Shown: one piece after another, positions 1 to 14,185 of the stretch | Layout: every line of letters begins with the position of its first letter | Numbering within the stretch: position 1 is the stretch's first letter | Assembly: GCF_018977255.1 (NCBI RefSeq) | Contig: NW_024704743.1 | Span: 75,952,001 to 76,016,000, forward strand | DNA: 64,000 nucleotides | Source: Callorhinchus milii | Lineage: Eukaryota | Direction: 5' to 3' | Made by a program: the position numbers and the translations under genes | The notes under the pieces: generated by a model | What the model was told of the DNA's origin: nothing | The model's input: only the letters and a program-made list of their open reading frames with translations | Database searches by the model: none

Positions 1-199
1 CTTTTTAAAATACATATCAGCGAATTCAAAATAAGCCAAACAGAAATGGCTCTCCCAACATTAAAGAGGAAATCAAACGAAAGCAACGCCTTTCAGCTCA
101 GGTGCACTTTACATTTTCTTTTCCTGCCTAATGTATTGAGTAGACTGTCAGAGGCATTGTGTCACTTGGATGGTAGAGACAGTGAATCAACAGTGGATA

Positions 200-860
200 A
201 CAACAACAACAACAAGATTACATTTGTATAACGCCTTTCACGTTGGGAGGACGTCCCAAGGCACTGGACAGTGTACAGCGTTTCAGACCTGAGCTGGGGT
301 TGGGGGGGGGAGGGGAGGGTGACCGATGGCATGGTCGAAGAGGAGTGTTTTTAGGCGGGACTTGAAGGAGGTTCAGGAGGGGGCGAGGCGGAGAGACTGG
401 GGGTGAAATTCCAGAGGTTGGGAGCAGAGTGGCTGAAGGCTCTCCTGCCAATGGTGGGGCGGGTGGGTCGGGGGACGTAGAGCAAGCCAGAGCCGGCTGA
501 GTGGAGGGAGTGGGTGGGTTGGTAGGGGTTAGGAGGTCGCAGAGGTAGGGTGGGGCGAGGCCATGGAGGGCTTTGTAGGTGAGGACCAGGATCTTGAACT
601 GGATCCTCTGAAGGATAGGGAGCCAGTGGGGTCGGGCGAGAGTGGAGGAGATGGGATCACAGAGTTTGGTGCGGGAGAGGACACGGGCTGCAGAGTTCTG
701 GATTATCTGCAGCCTGTGGAGGGAGGAGTTGGGAAGGCTGACAAGCAGGACATTTGCATAGTCAAGCCTGGAGGTGATGAAGGCATGAACAAGAGTTTCA
801 GTGGCCTGAGGGGTGAGGTAGTAGCAGAGTCGGGTGATGTTACGAAAGTGAGGGAAGGGA
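200..860 (-). mobile_element. L2 LINE 3' fragment
   Basis: Colinear with 48587-49250; (GTT)n tail at about 200. Confidence 0.9.
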
Positions 861-879
861 TAACGGTGGTCATTATAAT

Positions 880-1285
880 AATAACTCTTACATTTGATAA
901 CCTTTCACGCCGCAAAGTGCTTCACAGGGTTCTCTGTAAAGTGAGGTGACTGTGTGTTCTGCCCATAAATAAGCCAATTGTGCACAGCAATATCCCATAG
1001 ACAATCTTGAAGTGGATGATCTATTTTATCTCGGGGATTGCTGGCCTGAGAAATTCACTTCTCTTGTTGAATAGCATCATGAGATCTATAATGTCTACCT
1101 GAACAGGCACATGGACCTTAGCTTAACATCTCATCCGAATAATGACACTTCTAACATTGCAATGCCTCAGCATCCTACAGGAGTGTCAGCCTAGACTACG
1201 TGAGTTCAAACTCATGATGTGAGGTTTGAACCCACAACCTTCTGATGCAAAGGCAAAAGTACAACTGACTGAGCCAGGCTGATAC
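880..1285 (-). mobile_element. Older Deu-type SINE (different tRNA head, AGAAGGTTGTGGGTTCAA)
   Basis: Homologous to 8480-8835, 13735-14185, 39360-39720, 41795-42165 and 45790-46160. Confidence 0.75.
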
Positions 1286-1449
1286 CTACAGCAACTGAGA
1301 GCTTTTCTGCTCACCTTAGTGCACTAAATCGCATGAAAGCTGAATATGAGGATGGACAGGAGATAGTAAACAAATGAAATGATCACTCCTAGGAGATTTT
1401 CCCAGAGAAACTTTGAAAATACACCATCTGGAATTCAACACACCTAATG

Positions 1450-1790
1450 CAAATCCTGCGACCTTGACAATAGCTAGGAGAGATTCTGTATAAACTCAAG
1501 GGGCTGACATTTAATAAATCCTCCAGGACAGACAGGTGACACATTCCCCAAGGGTACTTAGCGAGCAAAGGAGGAGATTTGTGAAGTACTGACAGACATT
1601 ATGGGGCCGTCAAATCAACACTGGAGAGGTTCCAACAGATTGGAAACAAGTAAACATGGTTCCCACATTCAAGAAAGATCGTTGATTGTTCCTGAAATCT
1701 ACACACCCATATCCCTGACCTCAATAACTAGAAAACGAATGGAATCAATATTAGAAGCAAATGGAAGGTTACCTTTATGAAAATAACCCA
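1450..1790 (+). mobile_element. Old CR1 RT fragment
   Basis: Degenerate TGEVPTDWKQVNMVPTFKK and PISLTSI motifs. Confidence 0.7.
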
Positions 1791-3679
1791 ACAACCAAGT
1801 TGATTAGCCCATAGACGATCATTATCTGGGCTTACCACAGAAGAATAGATGATTTTGTGAAATACCAGAGATTATAACAGTTCTATGACTCAGCATTTGT
1901 CAGAAACTTAAATAGAAGATGTAAAAGAAGCCTGAAGAGCAATATTTCACACGTTTCAATCACATTACTAAAGCGTTGGTCATAGTTACTGAATCTCTCA
2001 TGTTGGGCGTATGTGTTTAGTTTACACTGAGGCTGTAGTTTATTGGTGTTGGGGTAACCAATGTTCACATTATAAGGGATTTTGATAAAGTAAACAGGGA
2101 GAATACAATATATAATGTACATTAATATAAACCGGGCCTTTCAATCCCACAAGAAGGTCCCAAGGCACTAAATGGGGAAGGATATTTCTACTGGTCAGTG
2201 AGTCAGTAACTAGACAGCATACTTTTAAGATTTTATCATCAAATACGATTTTGAGCAGCACTGGCTGCTCGGTGTTTACTTTGCTGCTACTCAGTAAGTT
2301 TCTTGCAAAGCCCCAGATGCTGATGTTTTCATTACCTGTAGGTGTCAGCATTACCCAACAGACTGAAACACTGTTTACTAATCAGATCCCCAAAGAAGTG
2401 ACAGAAACACTACAGACAGAGAAAAGCCCACGCACAAGAGATTCACAGTGTTTACAAGGCAAAGACGCATCGACAGGCTGAGATGATGTTACTAACATTG
2501 AGAGGAAATTGGAGCTGTTTGTTAATATCATCAGAAGATACTTAAGAACACAGTAGTTTGACAGTAAATCCTGTGAACAACAAAAAAACAAAAAATTGTA
2601 TTTATGTAGCACCTTTCACATTGGGAGGCTGTGAAGCGCTTTGAAGACATCCTTTGAGAAATCCTTCTGATGTGAAAGGTGCAATACCAAATACAAGGAT
2701 TATTATTATTGTTATTATTAATTAGTGTATCCATCCACAACAGGGGAAAGATGAGTCTTATTTTAACAACATATATAACCACCAGAGAGCAGTGGTGTCG
2801 AATAAATGAAATCCTCCTCATTCTGATCTTCTGTACTTTTTAACATAACAGCAAAATGGGTTAAAATTTATGGCTTGGAACATATATGCAAAGAATTACC
2901 AACGACAAGAAGCAGATAAAATAACTACAACCGACCATCCTCACCCTAATCAACATACAATTTAGAACAGTAAAATTTTAAGGAAACTCGCTAACTGACT
3001 CCTTGTTAGCCAGTTTCCTTAAATGGTCGAGGGAAGTTTGTGCAGCCAACTTTAACTAATCTGAATGCTTGCATTTCTGACAAAATAAGTTCAAGAGCAA
3101 GCAGAAACAGCTTGACAATTATCGTTGACAACATCCCAGGTAAAGAAACCACAGAAACTGTGTTTAGAATGTTATCACGTGCCATCAACTACATTTATCT
3201 CAAATTCATATTGAAAGAGTGTCTCACACACACACACTTGTTTCAAGTCCTCAGCTAACATTATATGCAGTGCCACCACTGTTACCGTATATCAGCAGCA
3301 TGCATGGCAACTGGAGGCATAAAAATAAAATCTACAGTATTCCTGAATTACTAACAGAGCTAAATATTGCTGCATAGAGCACTTTAGTGTAAACCCAACA
3401 TTGCTGGATTCAAACTGAATCTACCGTAAGAACACTTAATGACCACTTGGTGGCATCATCAACTCCTCCACCCACCACCAGAAAACCAGCTATAACTTTG
3501 ATCACCGCTGTTTTTATAGAATTCAGATTTTATGGTATTGGCCCTTAGATATTGTGGTAAGCTTCTTTTTTGTTTAACAATTATTTACTGGGCTGGACCT
3601 GCTTAGGAGTGTTGGAAAAAATCCCTCTTCAAAGCTGACAAAAGTCTTTTTTTAATGTTTGAGATGAAAGCCTTCATTA

Positions 3680-3920
3680 CATAGACTGTACAGCACACAA
3701 ATAGGCTGTTTGGCCAACCAATCTGTGTCAGTATTTATACTCCTAATGAGTCTCCACCCACTCCTTACTCCCTCCCATACTCTTCCATTCCCTTCTCCCT
3801 CGTTTGTATAACTCGCTTCCTCTTAAATGCATCTACGCTATCTGATTCAACCACTTTTTCAGGCAGCAAGTTCCACAATCTCACTACCCTCTGATTGAAG
3901 AAGTTCCTCCTAAATTCTCT
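3680..3920 (-). mobile_element. Old CR1 3' fragment
   Basis: Reverse complement resembles 6330-6570. Confidence 0.65.
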
Positions 3921-4511
3921 TTTAGGTCACTATCATATACAATAGGCCTAAGGAAACAAAGAGGGGAAAACACAAGGATCAATGTCTAATTATATGTGAC
4001 CATATTTTGGATATAATAATAATCCTTGCATTTGATATAGTGCCTTATCATGTCTTTGAGATGTCTCAAAGTGCTTCATAGAATATACTTTATATTTTGT
4101 GGGCAAAATGCAGCAGCCAATTGTGCATAACAGTGTCCCACAATCAGTTGCGGATTGAGTGACCAAATTATTATATATTTTTTAATGTCTTTTACTTCTC
4201 CCCCCTTCAGCTCCCACCATCAACTGGGATGCCCAGACATTACCACTAAGCATTTTGGGACATCCTCCCGACCTGAAAGTTGTTTTATAAAAATGTTTTA
4301 TAAATGTAACTTTGTATTGCTATATAACAATGATTTATAATTACAATACTGAATGTGGTCAATTCAATGTGGCAGTCTCAGTTGTCCAATACTTAATCCA
4401 GGCAAATCCATTGTACTTTACTGTTTGCTCCAGAAGTAATGTTGAATTTAAACAATACCTTAGTTAGACAATATATTGTTCCCAATTCTAGTCTCCACAC
4501 TATAGGAAGGA

Positions 4512-4803
4512 TTTTTTCTTTTGGATGGGGGGAGGGGTCAGCCATGTGGCTGACACGTACGGAAACCCATCACAATGCTTAAGAGTATCCAAATCAAGCT
4601 GAGATTTCCATGGATCCCACCTACACAAGGAAATCCCAGAGATAGATGGTTGGAAGGGATGTGCACTCTTCCCTGGAGAGATGCATCCTGCTTACCTAAT
4701 TCAGGAAATTATTAGGCGCAGGTTAGCAAGAGCAAGGCTTGGGGAACCCAGAGTGTACGTTGGGAATAGTGCTGGATTCTAACCGGTTAAAACCACATAG
4801 TTT
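4512..4803 (-). repeat. Unclassified interspersed repeat copy interrupting a CR1 relic
   Basis: Reverse complement of 31370-31634. CR1-like sequence on both sides (4475-4511 and 4804-4975). Confidence 0.8.
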
Positions 4804-5664
4804 AAGAGAGAATCTAATTTAAACTTATAAAAGGGTTTGATAAGGTGGATATAAATAGGCAGTTGCCACTGGTTGGGGAATCTGTAACCAGGGGACACAC
4901 ATATAAGATAACGACTAGGGACTAAATTTAGGAGGAACCACTTCACACAGAGGGTTGTGAGATTGTGGAACTCTTTATTCCTGCCCTACTTCTTCCAGAC
5001 TGACTTGTAATTTACACTTAGATGCTTCTAGAAATAGCTGACACAGAGCACTTGAACTAACAAGCTGCCGGGATCCACTGATTCACAGCCGAATTGCTAT
5101 CATCACCAAGTCTGAAGCAGGCTGAACTAAACATGCTGAATTAAAGGCAGCCACACCAGAACAGAGCGGCACATACACAGTGGAACATCATCCTCAGGTT
5201 GTAAACTACATGCCATTGATTATTTCTACGTCCAGAAATGTTCAAATCGTAGGAATGTCGAAATATTGACGCTAGTTTTCCTTTGAAAGATCCAATAAAC
5301 AGAAATATTCAAAACAAAATCTTCAGAGGAGAGAAATAAAGTTTCCATTCTTTTCTGGTCAGCTGAGCGTCTGACACTCCTGACAACCCACTTCCGTGCT
5401 CAAGCATATCGAAACCAGACTCAGATTTTCATATTGGCATGGAAATGTTTTTCCTGTGTGTACTACAGAGGGAACGTATAAAGTGCAGGTTGGTAACAGC
5501 CAAGGTTTGGGAACCCAGAATGTGTGTTGAGGCACTGTGGGTGTTTAATCAGCACAAACCAGCTTGCCATTGCGAACACTGTTTGGCAAGTTTCCCACAC
5601 TGTTTGTCCAGCTGGGACTACCCTACTCAGTGGGGTGTTAGCTTGCAGGGCTAACCTAACACAA

Positions 5665-6572
5665 AGTTAGGTAGGGTAGTAAATAGTGAGAAGGATAGTA
5701 GCCAAATGCAGGAAGACATAGACAAAACGGTAAAATGGGCAGACACATGGCAGATGAATTTCAATGTGGAGAAATGCGAGGTAATGCGTTTTGGTAGAAA
5801 GAATGAGGGGAGGTAATATAGGCTGGTAATACAATCTTAAGGGGGGTGAAAGAACAGAGACCTGGGGATTCAGGTAAATGAATCCTTGAAGGTGGCAGGA
5901 CAGGTAGATAAAGCTGTAAAAAGGGCATATGAGATTCTAGGCTTTATAAATAGGGGCATAGAGTACAAGAGTCAGGAGGTTATGATTAACCTGTATAAAA
6001 CACTGGTTAGGCCTCAGTTAGAATATTAAGTCCAGTTCTGGGCACCACACAATAGGAAGGATGTTAAGACATTGGAAAGGGTGCAGAGGAGATTTACAAG
6101 AATGGTACCAGGAGTGAGGGACCTTGATTATGAGGAAAGGCTGGAGAGGTTAGGATTATTCTCATTGGAGCAGAGAAGGTTACGAGGAGACCTAATAGAG
6201 GTCTCCAAAATCATGAGGGGATTTGATAGGTTAGAAAGGGAAAAACTGTTTCCACTGGTGGGTGTGTCGGTGACTCGAGGTCACAGATTCAAAATAGTTT
6301 CTAAAAGAAGCAGAGGGGAGGTGAGAAGAAATTTTTTCATGCAGCGAGTTGTTTGAATCTGGAACGCATTGCCTGAAAGGGTGGTGGAGGCCGATTTGAT
6401 AACTACTTTTAAAAACGCGGTGGACGGGTATTTGAGGAGTACGGGTTTGCAGGGTTATGGGGAAAGGGCTGGGGAGTGGGATTGACATTGCATTGCTCTC
6501 TTCTAAGAGCCGGCACAGACTCGATGGGCCGAATGGCCTCTTTTTGTGCTGTACGATTCCATGATTCTATGA
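5665..6572 (+). mobile_element. CR1-clade LINE 3' fragment
   Basis: KWADTWQMNFNVEKCEVM and ERVQRRFTRMVPG...LFSLEQRRLRGDLIEV motifs, 3' GGGCCGAATGGCCT hairpin and ATGATTCTATGA tail. Confidence 0.93.
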
Positions 6573-7099
6573 ATTTGAAAAGGTTTATAAAGTATATATA
6601 CTATAATATAAATTACAAAAAGTTTGAGTGTCCGTGACTGCTGGTTTTATGCAAAAGGCGTGGTGGTTGTTTAGCCAGGGATACAATCTTAGGGTGCCTG
6701 AGATGTTTTAAAATAGCTCAAATTTTACTGCTGCAGTTTGATGTCAATTTGCCACCTCCAGTTGTGCCAGAGACTTAACAATCCTTGCAATTGATGTTAT
6801 GTTTTATCATGTTGTCGAAATGTCTCATAGCACTTTACAGGATGTACTACACAATGACTGTTTTTGCAGATGAATGTGGCAACTAATTTGTGTACAGCAA
6901 TGTTCCACAAACAGCAATCAAGTAAATGATTACTTATATCTGGAGGATTCTTAGCAAGGACACCATGGTGGAAAATCTTGTTTCTCTTTTCAAATAATGC
7001 CATGGGATCTTTAATGTCCACCATCAAGACATCTCACAGGACCCTTTGATATACGGGCACAAACTGTGTTAGAGCAGCAGAACCATTCACAATAAGCAA

Positions 7100-7416
7100 A
7101 TAATAAAAAAAAATCCTTGCATTTGATATAGCGCTTTTCACGTCGGGAGGACGTCCCAAAGCGCTCCACAGAACACACTGTAAAGTGAATTGACTGTGTA
7201 TTTGTGGGCGAACGCGGCAGCCAATTACGCACAGCAATGTCCCACAAACAGTCGTAGATTGAAAATGACCAATTTATAATTTTTTTTTTGGTTTTGGAGG
7301 GATTATTATTAGGCGTGTGGAGTGAGGAAACTTGCCCAAGGTTTCACCCTGCCTGGAATTGAACTCAGGTCTCTCACTTGCAAAGCGAGTGCTCTAACCA
7401 CTGAGCTACAGGACTC
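7100..7416 (-). mobile_element. Young tRNA-derived SINE (tRNA-Ala-like head, Deu-like body, L2-like tail)
   Basis: A box TAGCTCAGTGG, B box GTTCAATTCC, anticodon arm CTCGC-TTTGCAA-GTGAG. Near-identical to the 12562 and 23207 copies. Confidence 0.92.
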
Positions 7417-8479
7417 TGATTAAATGCTGGTTAATGTAAACAACTCAAAATATAAATTATATCATTTATTAGCAAAATAAATTAAATAATAAAGAGGAAT
7501 TAAATAATTTATTTTTAGTCCAAGTGTAATCTGGTTACTGTCTTGATTGTTTTTATAGTCTCTGATCTTTGGCACAATTCGTCTGTAAATGCCCCCAAAT
7601 GATTCTGTTCCAGTAATTACACCAGGCAAATTATTCCACATTATAATAATCCTCTGGAAGAAAACCTCTGTCACGCTCTTATAAGTTAATATGTTAAATT
7701 CATGCCCACTTTCCTCAATTCACCTTCTGGGGAAATAGTCCCTCACCATTTATTTTCTCAATCCCTTTCATTATCATAAAAACCTCTTATTATATAATGC
7801 CTTGGCAGTTATACAGACTTTTTATTTGTTCATTTCTCCCACTTCTTCAGCTCCCCTCTTGCTACACAAAAACTTTACTTCAGGTTCCATTTTTCTTTGC
7901 ACCTTACCCCTTCTCTTGCCTCATTCAAAGTCCATATCAGACCTTCCTCTTTGACAATGCCTTTGGTCTTCTTCCCACCATCATTCCCTTGCCCTCCACC
8001 CCTCTTGACTCCAGCTCACAGCTCGGGTGCAAACCCTTGACTGCCCAGCGCCTTGAGACATCCTTGTGACGTGAAAGCCGCTATATAAATGCAATTTGTT
8101 GTTGTTGTTATAGGATACAATTTTTAGGAAAATTTTCAATTTTCCAGCCTCTCCTCATTGCCCTCCAATAGAGAGGGAGCCTACCAAGCACAGGTAGGAT
8201 TGAGTTTTGAAGCTCCTTGTCGTCCAGATGCAAGTGAAAGCTAATTGCTTCCCTGGATTCCAGTCACAGGCAGAGGTCTCCATTATGCCCGAAATTGTAC
8301 AATTTTTGTAACAATTTAATAACATAGATGAATTGCTTTGCTCTCTTAGTTAAATACAATAACAAGACTGGTGGGTGGCCTCTATGGGGGATATATGATG
8401 CTGAGCAATAAATACATGTTTAAAGGTCATTTTACTTTTCCTACATTCCTCAGCTAAATTGACATAATATCTAACATAA

Positions 8480-8835
8480 TCATTGCATTTGGTATAGCCC
8501 CTTATCATGTTGTCAAGACGACTCACAGGATTTTAATGTGGAGTATTTGTAGACGAATCCAACAGCCGAATTGCAAACCACTATGACCCACAAACAGCCA
8601 TGAAGTGAATGACCAATTTTACGTGGGGAATTATTAGCCAGGACACTGAAAAAAAATCCTTCTCTTTTTGAGTCATGCCATGGGATAACTCATCTGAAGG
8701 ACAGCACCGCCAAAAATGCAGCACACCCTCAACATTGAGTTAGATTGTCGGCCAAGACTGTGAGTTTAAAATCCTGATGTGAGGCTTGAACCCACAACCT
8801 TCAACTCAGAGGAGAGAATGCTGACAACTGAGTCG
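8480..8835 (-). mobile_element. Older Deu-type SINE
   Basis: Family match. Confidence 0.75.
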
Positions 8836-10712
8836 GAAAATCCAAGTCACAGATGGGTCAGACACTCAACTTTTAACACTTAAATTCATCGACTCCATCA
8901 CCTGGGTTATGGCCAGGAGCAGAAATTCTATCGATATCATAATTATAACTAATAATAACTAACACCAACTGTTACATTGAAAGACTCAACATGAAAGACT
9001 CATCACATCTTATCACAACATCTCCTTGCAAATTAATTTCAAACAACCTAAATTCCATCCAGTTCTGTTGACATTATAAATAAATAATAATCCTTACATT
9101 TTGATGTAGTGCCTTATCACGTCTTCAAAACTTGCCTAACATTTCGCCCTGCCCGGGAATTGAACCAGGGTTTTCTTGTGAGGCAAGTGCTCTAATCACT
9201 AAGCTACAAGACTCCACATGAAGAGGTTCATTTAGGTCTGTTCCTTTAATAGATGACTACAAAATAGAGGTTTTTTTCAGGTTACTGACTTAAAAGGGAA
9301 CCAACGTTTTGGGTAACAGTTGTAAAATCTTGTGTAAATAGCTTTAAGGTAATCTGCGTCCACTTGCCTTACAGCAGCATGTCCTCAAGCATAATGTGAC
9401 CTTTATTGCATTGGCTCAGCACTTCTTCAGCTTGATGAGATTGAAAAGTGCTGTTATTCCAAAGAATTGCCGATGTCTAATTGAATTGCTGGGAAGACAG
9501 GGTACAATTTAGGAAGGGTCACTGTCTGTCAGAAGTTTGATTAACTCAACTGGACTGAAATTCTCAGTGCAATTATAGCTAATAGTAGATAAACAGTTTC
9601 CATGTGTTTATTTCCAGGCAATTGAACTTCTGAAACCAGCTCAAAAACAAAATCAACCTTGTATGTCTGGATGTGAAGAACCCCAATTACTGCTTCAAAC
9701 ATGTGAATGAATTTGAAGAATTCACACGCTCACACTGTTATTTTTATCTTTTTCTATTATTTCCATGTAATGTAAAGCCTTCAATTGGATTGGTATTACT
9801 CTCTGCAGATATTCCCTGCATCTGCCAAGTTGACCCATTTCAAAAATAAATTCTCTTTGCCACTATATACCACGATGCAGGGTTCCCCCTCCTTGGGAAA
9901 GCTGTGGCCAGTTACAAATCTCAGCCACTCACCAAGACATGAGCTTGTGCTGAGTTACTCGTAGGTGGTTTCACATGGCCCAAGAGGTCATAGAATGTTA
10001 CAGCACAAAAAATGTCTATTCGGCCCATCAAATCAGTGCTGGTGTTTTTCTCCACTTAAACCAATTTAATTTAAGACCAATCTGTTGCTCACTCTCCATA
10101 CTCTTTAATATTGCTCCTCTTCAAGCATGTTCAAGCATCATTTTGACAGGATTTTAAAATTTTCTGGGCGCTCATTGCTCGATCAGGCTGAATGAAATAT
10201 TTGAACTGTCTGCTGATTATTGCTGATTTCACTGTGCAGTCTCAGACAACAGCATCATATTTCCACGTAAGCATTGACCAGCAGCACTTCCTCTCACTCT
10301 GACTATCACTTCAGGAGACAGACGCAACTCACTTCAGAGGCAGCAGATGATCCACCTCAGAAGGATTCATCTTAAACATGGCCAAATGATATCACTTTTC
10401 ACTGTGGGTTGCCTGCAGAGATGGGCCTGCCTCTGCATTTGGACTCATAATTTAAAAGCAGCATCAAAGTTTGCTACTCTCTGGGCTTCCCCACATTCAG
10501 CATCAGCAGATGTGCATGGTCAGCTCAGGAAAGACAGCCTGATTTGAAGTGTGCAGAAGAAATGATGAGGAAGTGAAGCTCTTTGAGACAATATCATGAA
10601 AGTTCCAATCTCCTTGTACAAAAATAAAACTTAAACAATATATTTTACATTTATATAACACCTTTCACGTCAGGTGGATGAAACTTCTGATAATAATAAT
10701 AATAATAATAAT

Positions 10713-12023
10713 CGGTCCATCGGCAGATTTGGCTTCACCACACCAAGACCTACCGCTGCGCTCTTGCCTCCGCCAAATCCTCCTTCTACTCCAAGGTTAT
10801 CTTGGAGGCAAAGGACAACCCTCGGCTTCTCTTTTCCACCACTAACTGTCTCCTCCGTTCACCTTTTCATACCTCGCCCATCCTCTCCTCGAACTCCAAC
10901 TGTGAAGAGATGCTGGACTTCCTCGAATCTAAAATCGAGGGGATACGTTCAGCCACCTCAGCCCCATCCACAGCTACCCCCACAACACCTCTCCCTCATA
11001 ACTCACCCCCCACCCATCCCCCCCTAATCTCCTTCAACCCTATCTCTCCCTCCTCCCTCACCATGACTGTCCGCAAACTCAAACCCTTCACCTGCTTCCT
11101 CGATCCCATCCCCATCTCTCTCCTTGTCTCCCCGCTCCACCTTCTGGCCCCCGCACAGTTTCCCCTCCAGCCCCCGCACTTTCACATCTGGCGTCCCCCA
11201 GGACTCTGTCCTTGGCCCTCTCCTCTTTAATATCTACATGCTCCCCCTTGGTGACATCATCCACAGACATGGGGTCAACTTCCACCTGTATGCGGATGAC
11301 ACTCAATTCTATCTTTCTGCCTCCACCCTCAACTCCAGGACTACTGCTGTCCTGACAGACTGCCTGTCGGACATCAAGTCCTGGATGAGGGCAAATCTCC
11401 TACAGTTGAATGTGAACAAGACTGAGACCCTCCTGATAGGCTCGCGCCAGCGTCTCAGCACCTCAGGCTCTGGCAACATCAACCTCCATGGTTGCACACT
11501 ATAATTCACCAAGCCAGTCAGGAACCTCGGTGTCTTGTTCGACCCTCAACTGTTTTTTCTCCTTCACATTCAAGCCATGTCCCGCTCTGCCTTCCCTCAC
11601 CTCCGTAACATCGCCTGACTCTGCCACTACCTCACCCCTCAGGCCGCTGAAACTCTTGTTCATGCCTTCATCACCTCCAGGTTCGACTATGCAAACACCC
11701 TACTTGTCAGCCTTCCCAACTCCTCCCTCCACAGGCTGCAGATAATCCAGAACTCTGCAGCCCGTGTCCTCTCCCTCACCAAACTCCATGACCCCATCTC
11801 CCCCACTCTCGCCCGACTCCACTGGCTCCCTATCCTTCAGAGGATCCAGTTCAAGATCCTGGTCCTCACATACAAAGCCCTCCATGACCTTGCCCCACTC
11901 TACCTCTGTGACCTTCTAACCCCCTACCAACCCACCCGTTCCTTTCGCTCAGCTGGCTATGGCCTGCTCCACGTCCCCCGACCCACCCGCCCCACCATTG
12001 GCGGGAGAGCCTTCAGCCACTCT
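10713..12023 (+). mobile_element. L2 LINE fragment with internal deletion
   Basis: [10 protein letters not shown] and YADD in ORF 11124-11504. The sequence jumps from LHLLAP to the pre-PQG region relative to the 52635 copy. Confidence 0.92.
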
Positions 12024-12561
12024 AAAGTGTAATTTCATTTAAATGCAAATTAGATACATTTCTTTCAAAAAAATAATATTTTAGGAAACAGCATATGAGT
12101 AACTTGAAACATGACAAGTGTAATATGCTTGGAAGAACTCGGCAACTTTAAGGTTCCCAAAGCTTTCCACAAATATTTAACAACGCAACATTTTGCAAGT
12201 AATTAAGATTAGATAATAGCTTGGACAAGTTAGCTCACTCAATGAGCTGAATTTAACCAGAATGAGCACAAGATTACACAAGGAAGCAGCTAAGAGCATT
12301 TCATTCAAACTTGTTGCATTCAGTTGAAGGAGGCTTGTGGTCCAGAATCTTGGTAAAGCACTGCAGGGAAATGCAATCGCTCTCAGACTATTGCTTCACT
12401 TGCTAGAATCAACCCAAGTTTGTCATACTGTAGTAATCCACATTGAAATAAAACTTGCTAAAATTCTTTTGTTGCCATCACAAGACAGCTTTGTTAGTGC
12501 CCTCATGCATCGAATAATTGGTGCGAGGTCTCAATGCTGCTACCAGCATTAACCAAAAAAT

Positions 12562-12886
12562 AAATAATAATAATAATAATAATCCTTGCATTTGATATAG
12601 CGCTTTTCACGTCGGGAGGACGTCCCAAAGCGCTTCACAGAACACACTGTAAAGTGAATTGACTGTATATTTGTGGGCGAACGCGGCAGCCAATTGCGCA
12701 CAGCAATGTCCCACAAACAGTCGTAGATTGAAAATGACCAATTTAATTATTGTTTTGGGTTTTTTGGAGGGATTATTATTAGGCGTGTGGAGTAAGGAAA
12801 CTTGCCCAAGGTTCCCTGCCTGGAATTGAACTCCGGTCTCTCACTTGCAAAGCGAGTGCTCTAACCACTGAGCTACAGGACTCCAC
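12562..12886 (-). mobile_element. Young tRNA-derived SINE
   Basis: Full length with (ATT)n tail. Confidence 0.92.
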
Positions 12887-13734
12887 GCCTTTAAAATAAA
12901 GGCTAAATAAAGAGCCTTGCTTCAATTAAACAGTAGGCTCAGCATGCAACTTCCATTGCACATTGCAATTTCTGTTAAAACTAATAAGATCCTCACCCTA
13001 TCTTACAAATCAATTCATGTTCTAGCACACTCCACCAACCAGCCTTCTACATGTCCCTCATTCCTTCCGATTCACCATCGGTGGCTGTGCTTTCAGCCAC
13101 CACACCCTAAAACTCTGGAACTGTCTACCTCAATCTCTTTGCCTTGCCCCCTCCTTGTCCATCTTCAGATCACATTTGAAGACCTTCCTCATCGACCGTG
13201 CCTACGGTCATCTCCTCTTTCTCCACATGAGCCACTTTGTCAAATCTGACTCTCCTGTTCACTCCTTATATCCCTCAAAAGGTTTACACTTTACTGCATA
13301 AAACGTGAGCCTGCAGCTCAGTACACGTTTATTTTAATTCCCCTCAAAGCTACACCATGTTCAGGCCAGATGTCTTAAAAATAATCTGAGACAGGCCCCT
13401 ACAAAAAAAATTAGCATACAAATTGTAACTTGAGAGCAGATAAACATGCAGGCCAACCAAATCTTTTCATTTTGGTTACAAATAATGCGTGTAATTAAAA
13501 AATAAATCTCCACTTCCGTAAATCACTATCTGGATTGCTTTTACCATGACATTAAGAATCTGTAAGAGAATGAGCACAATGCATTGTGTCAGGAAGCAAT
13601 GTAACACAGCTGAGGTAATTGCAGATGAACACTGCTAATCAGCACCTCTATTATTTTATACTCCACTATATTCTGACTTGGGTCAGACAATCTCCGAATT
13701 ACTGGTAGTCACATATTTTGGATGGAAGACAATT

Positions 13735-14185
13735 ATGTCAGCCTGGCACAGTGGGTAGCCCTCCGGCCTCTGTGTTAGAAGGTTGTGGGTTCAAGCCCCA
13801 CATCAGGCCTTGAAACTTGTATCATCTAATCTGGCATTCCAATCCAATGCTGGAGGTGTGCTGTGTTGTTGGAGGTGACGACCTTCAGATGATTCACTGA
13901 ACCAAGGCGATCTGTTCAGCTGGTTACAGGTCCAATGACACTGTTCTACAAGAGAGGGGAGTGTCTCCCAGTGTCCTGGCCAAGAATCCCCCAAACAAAG
14001 TTGGTTATTCACATCACATAACTGTTTGTGAGATATTGCTGTGTGCAAATTGGCTTACCTCATTTGCCCACAAAACACAGGATATATTGTAAAGTGACTG
14101 CACTTTACAATATATCCTGTGAAGTGCTTTGAGGCATTCTCTGGATATGAAAGGTGTTATACCAAATGCTAGGAATATTACTATT
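13735..14185 (+). mobile_element. Older Deu-type SINE
   Basis: GTCAGCCTGGCACAGTGG head, TTGCTGTGTGCAAATTGGC body, L2-like tail. Confidence 0.8.
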
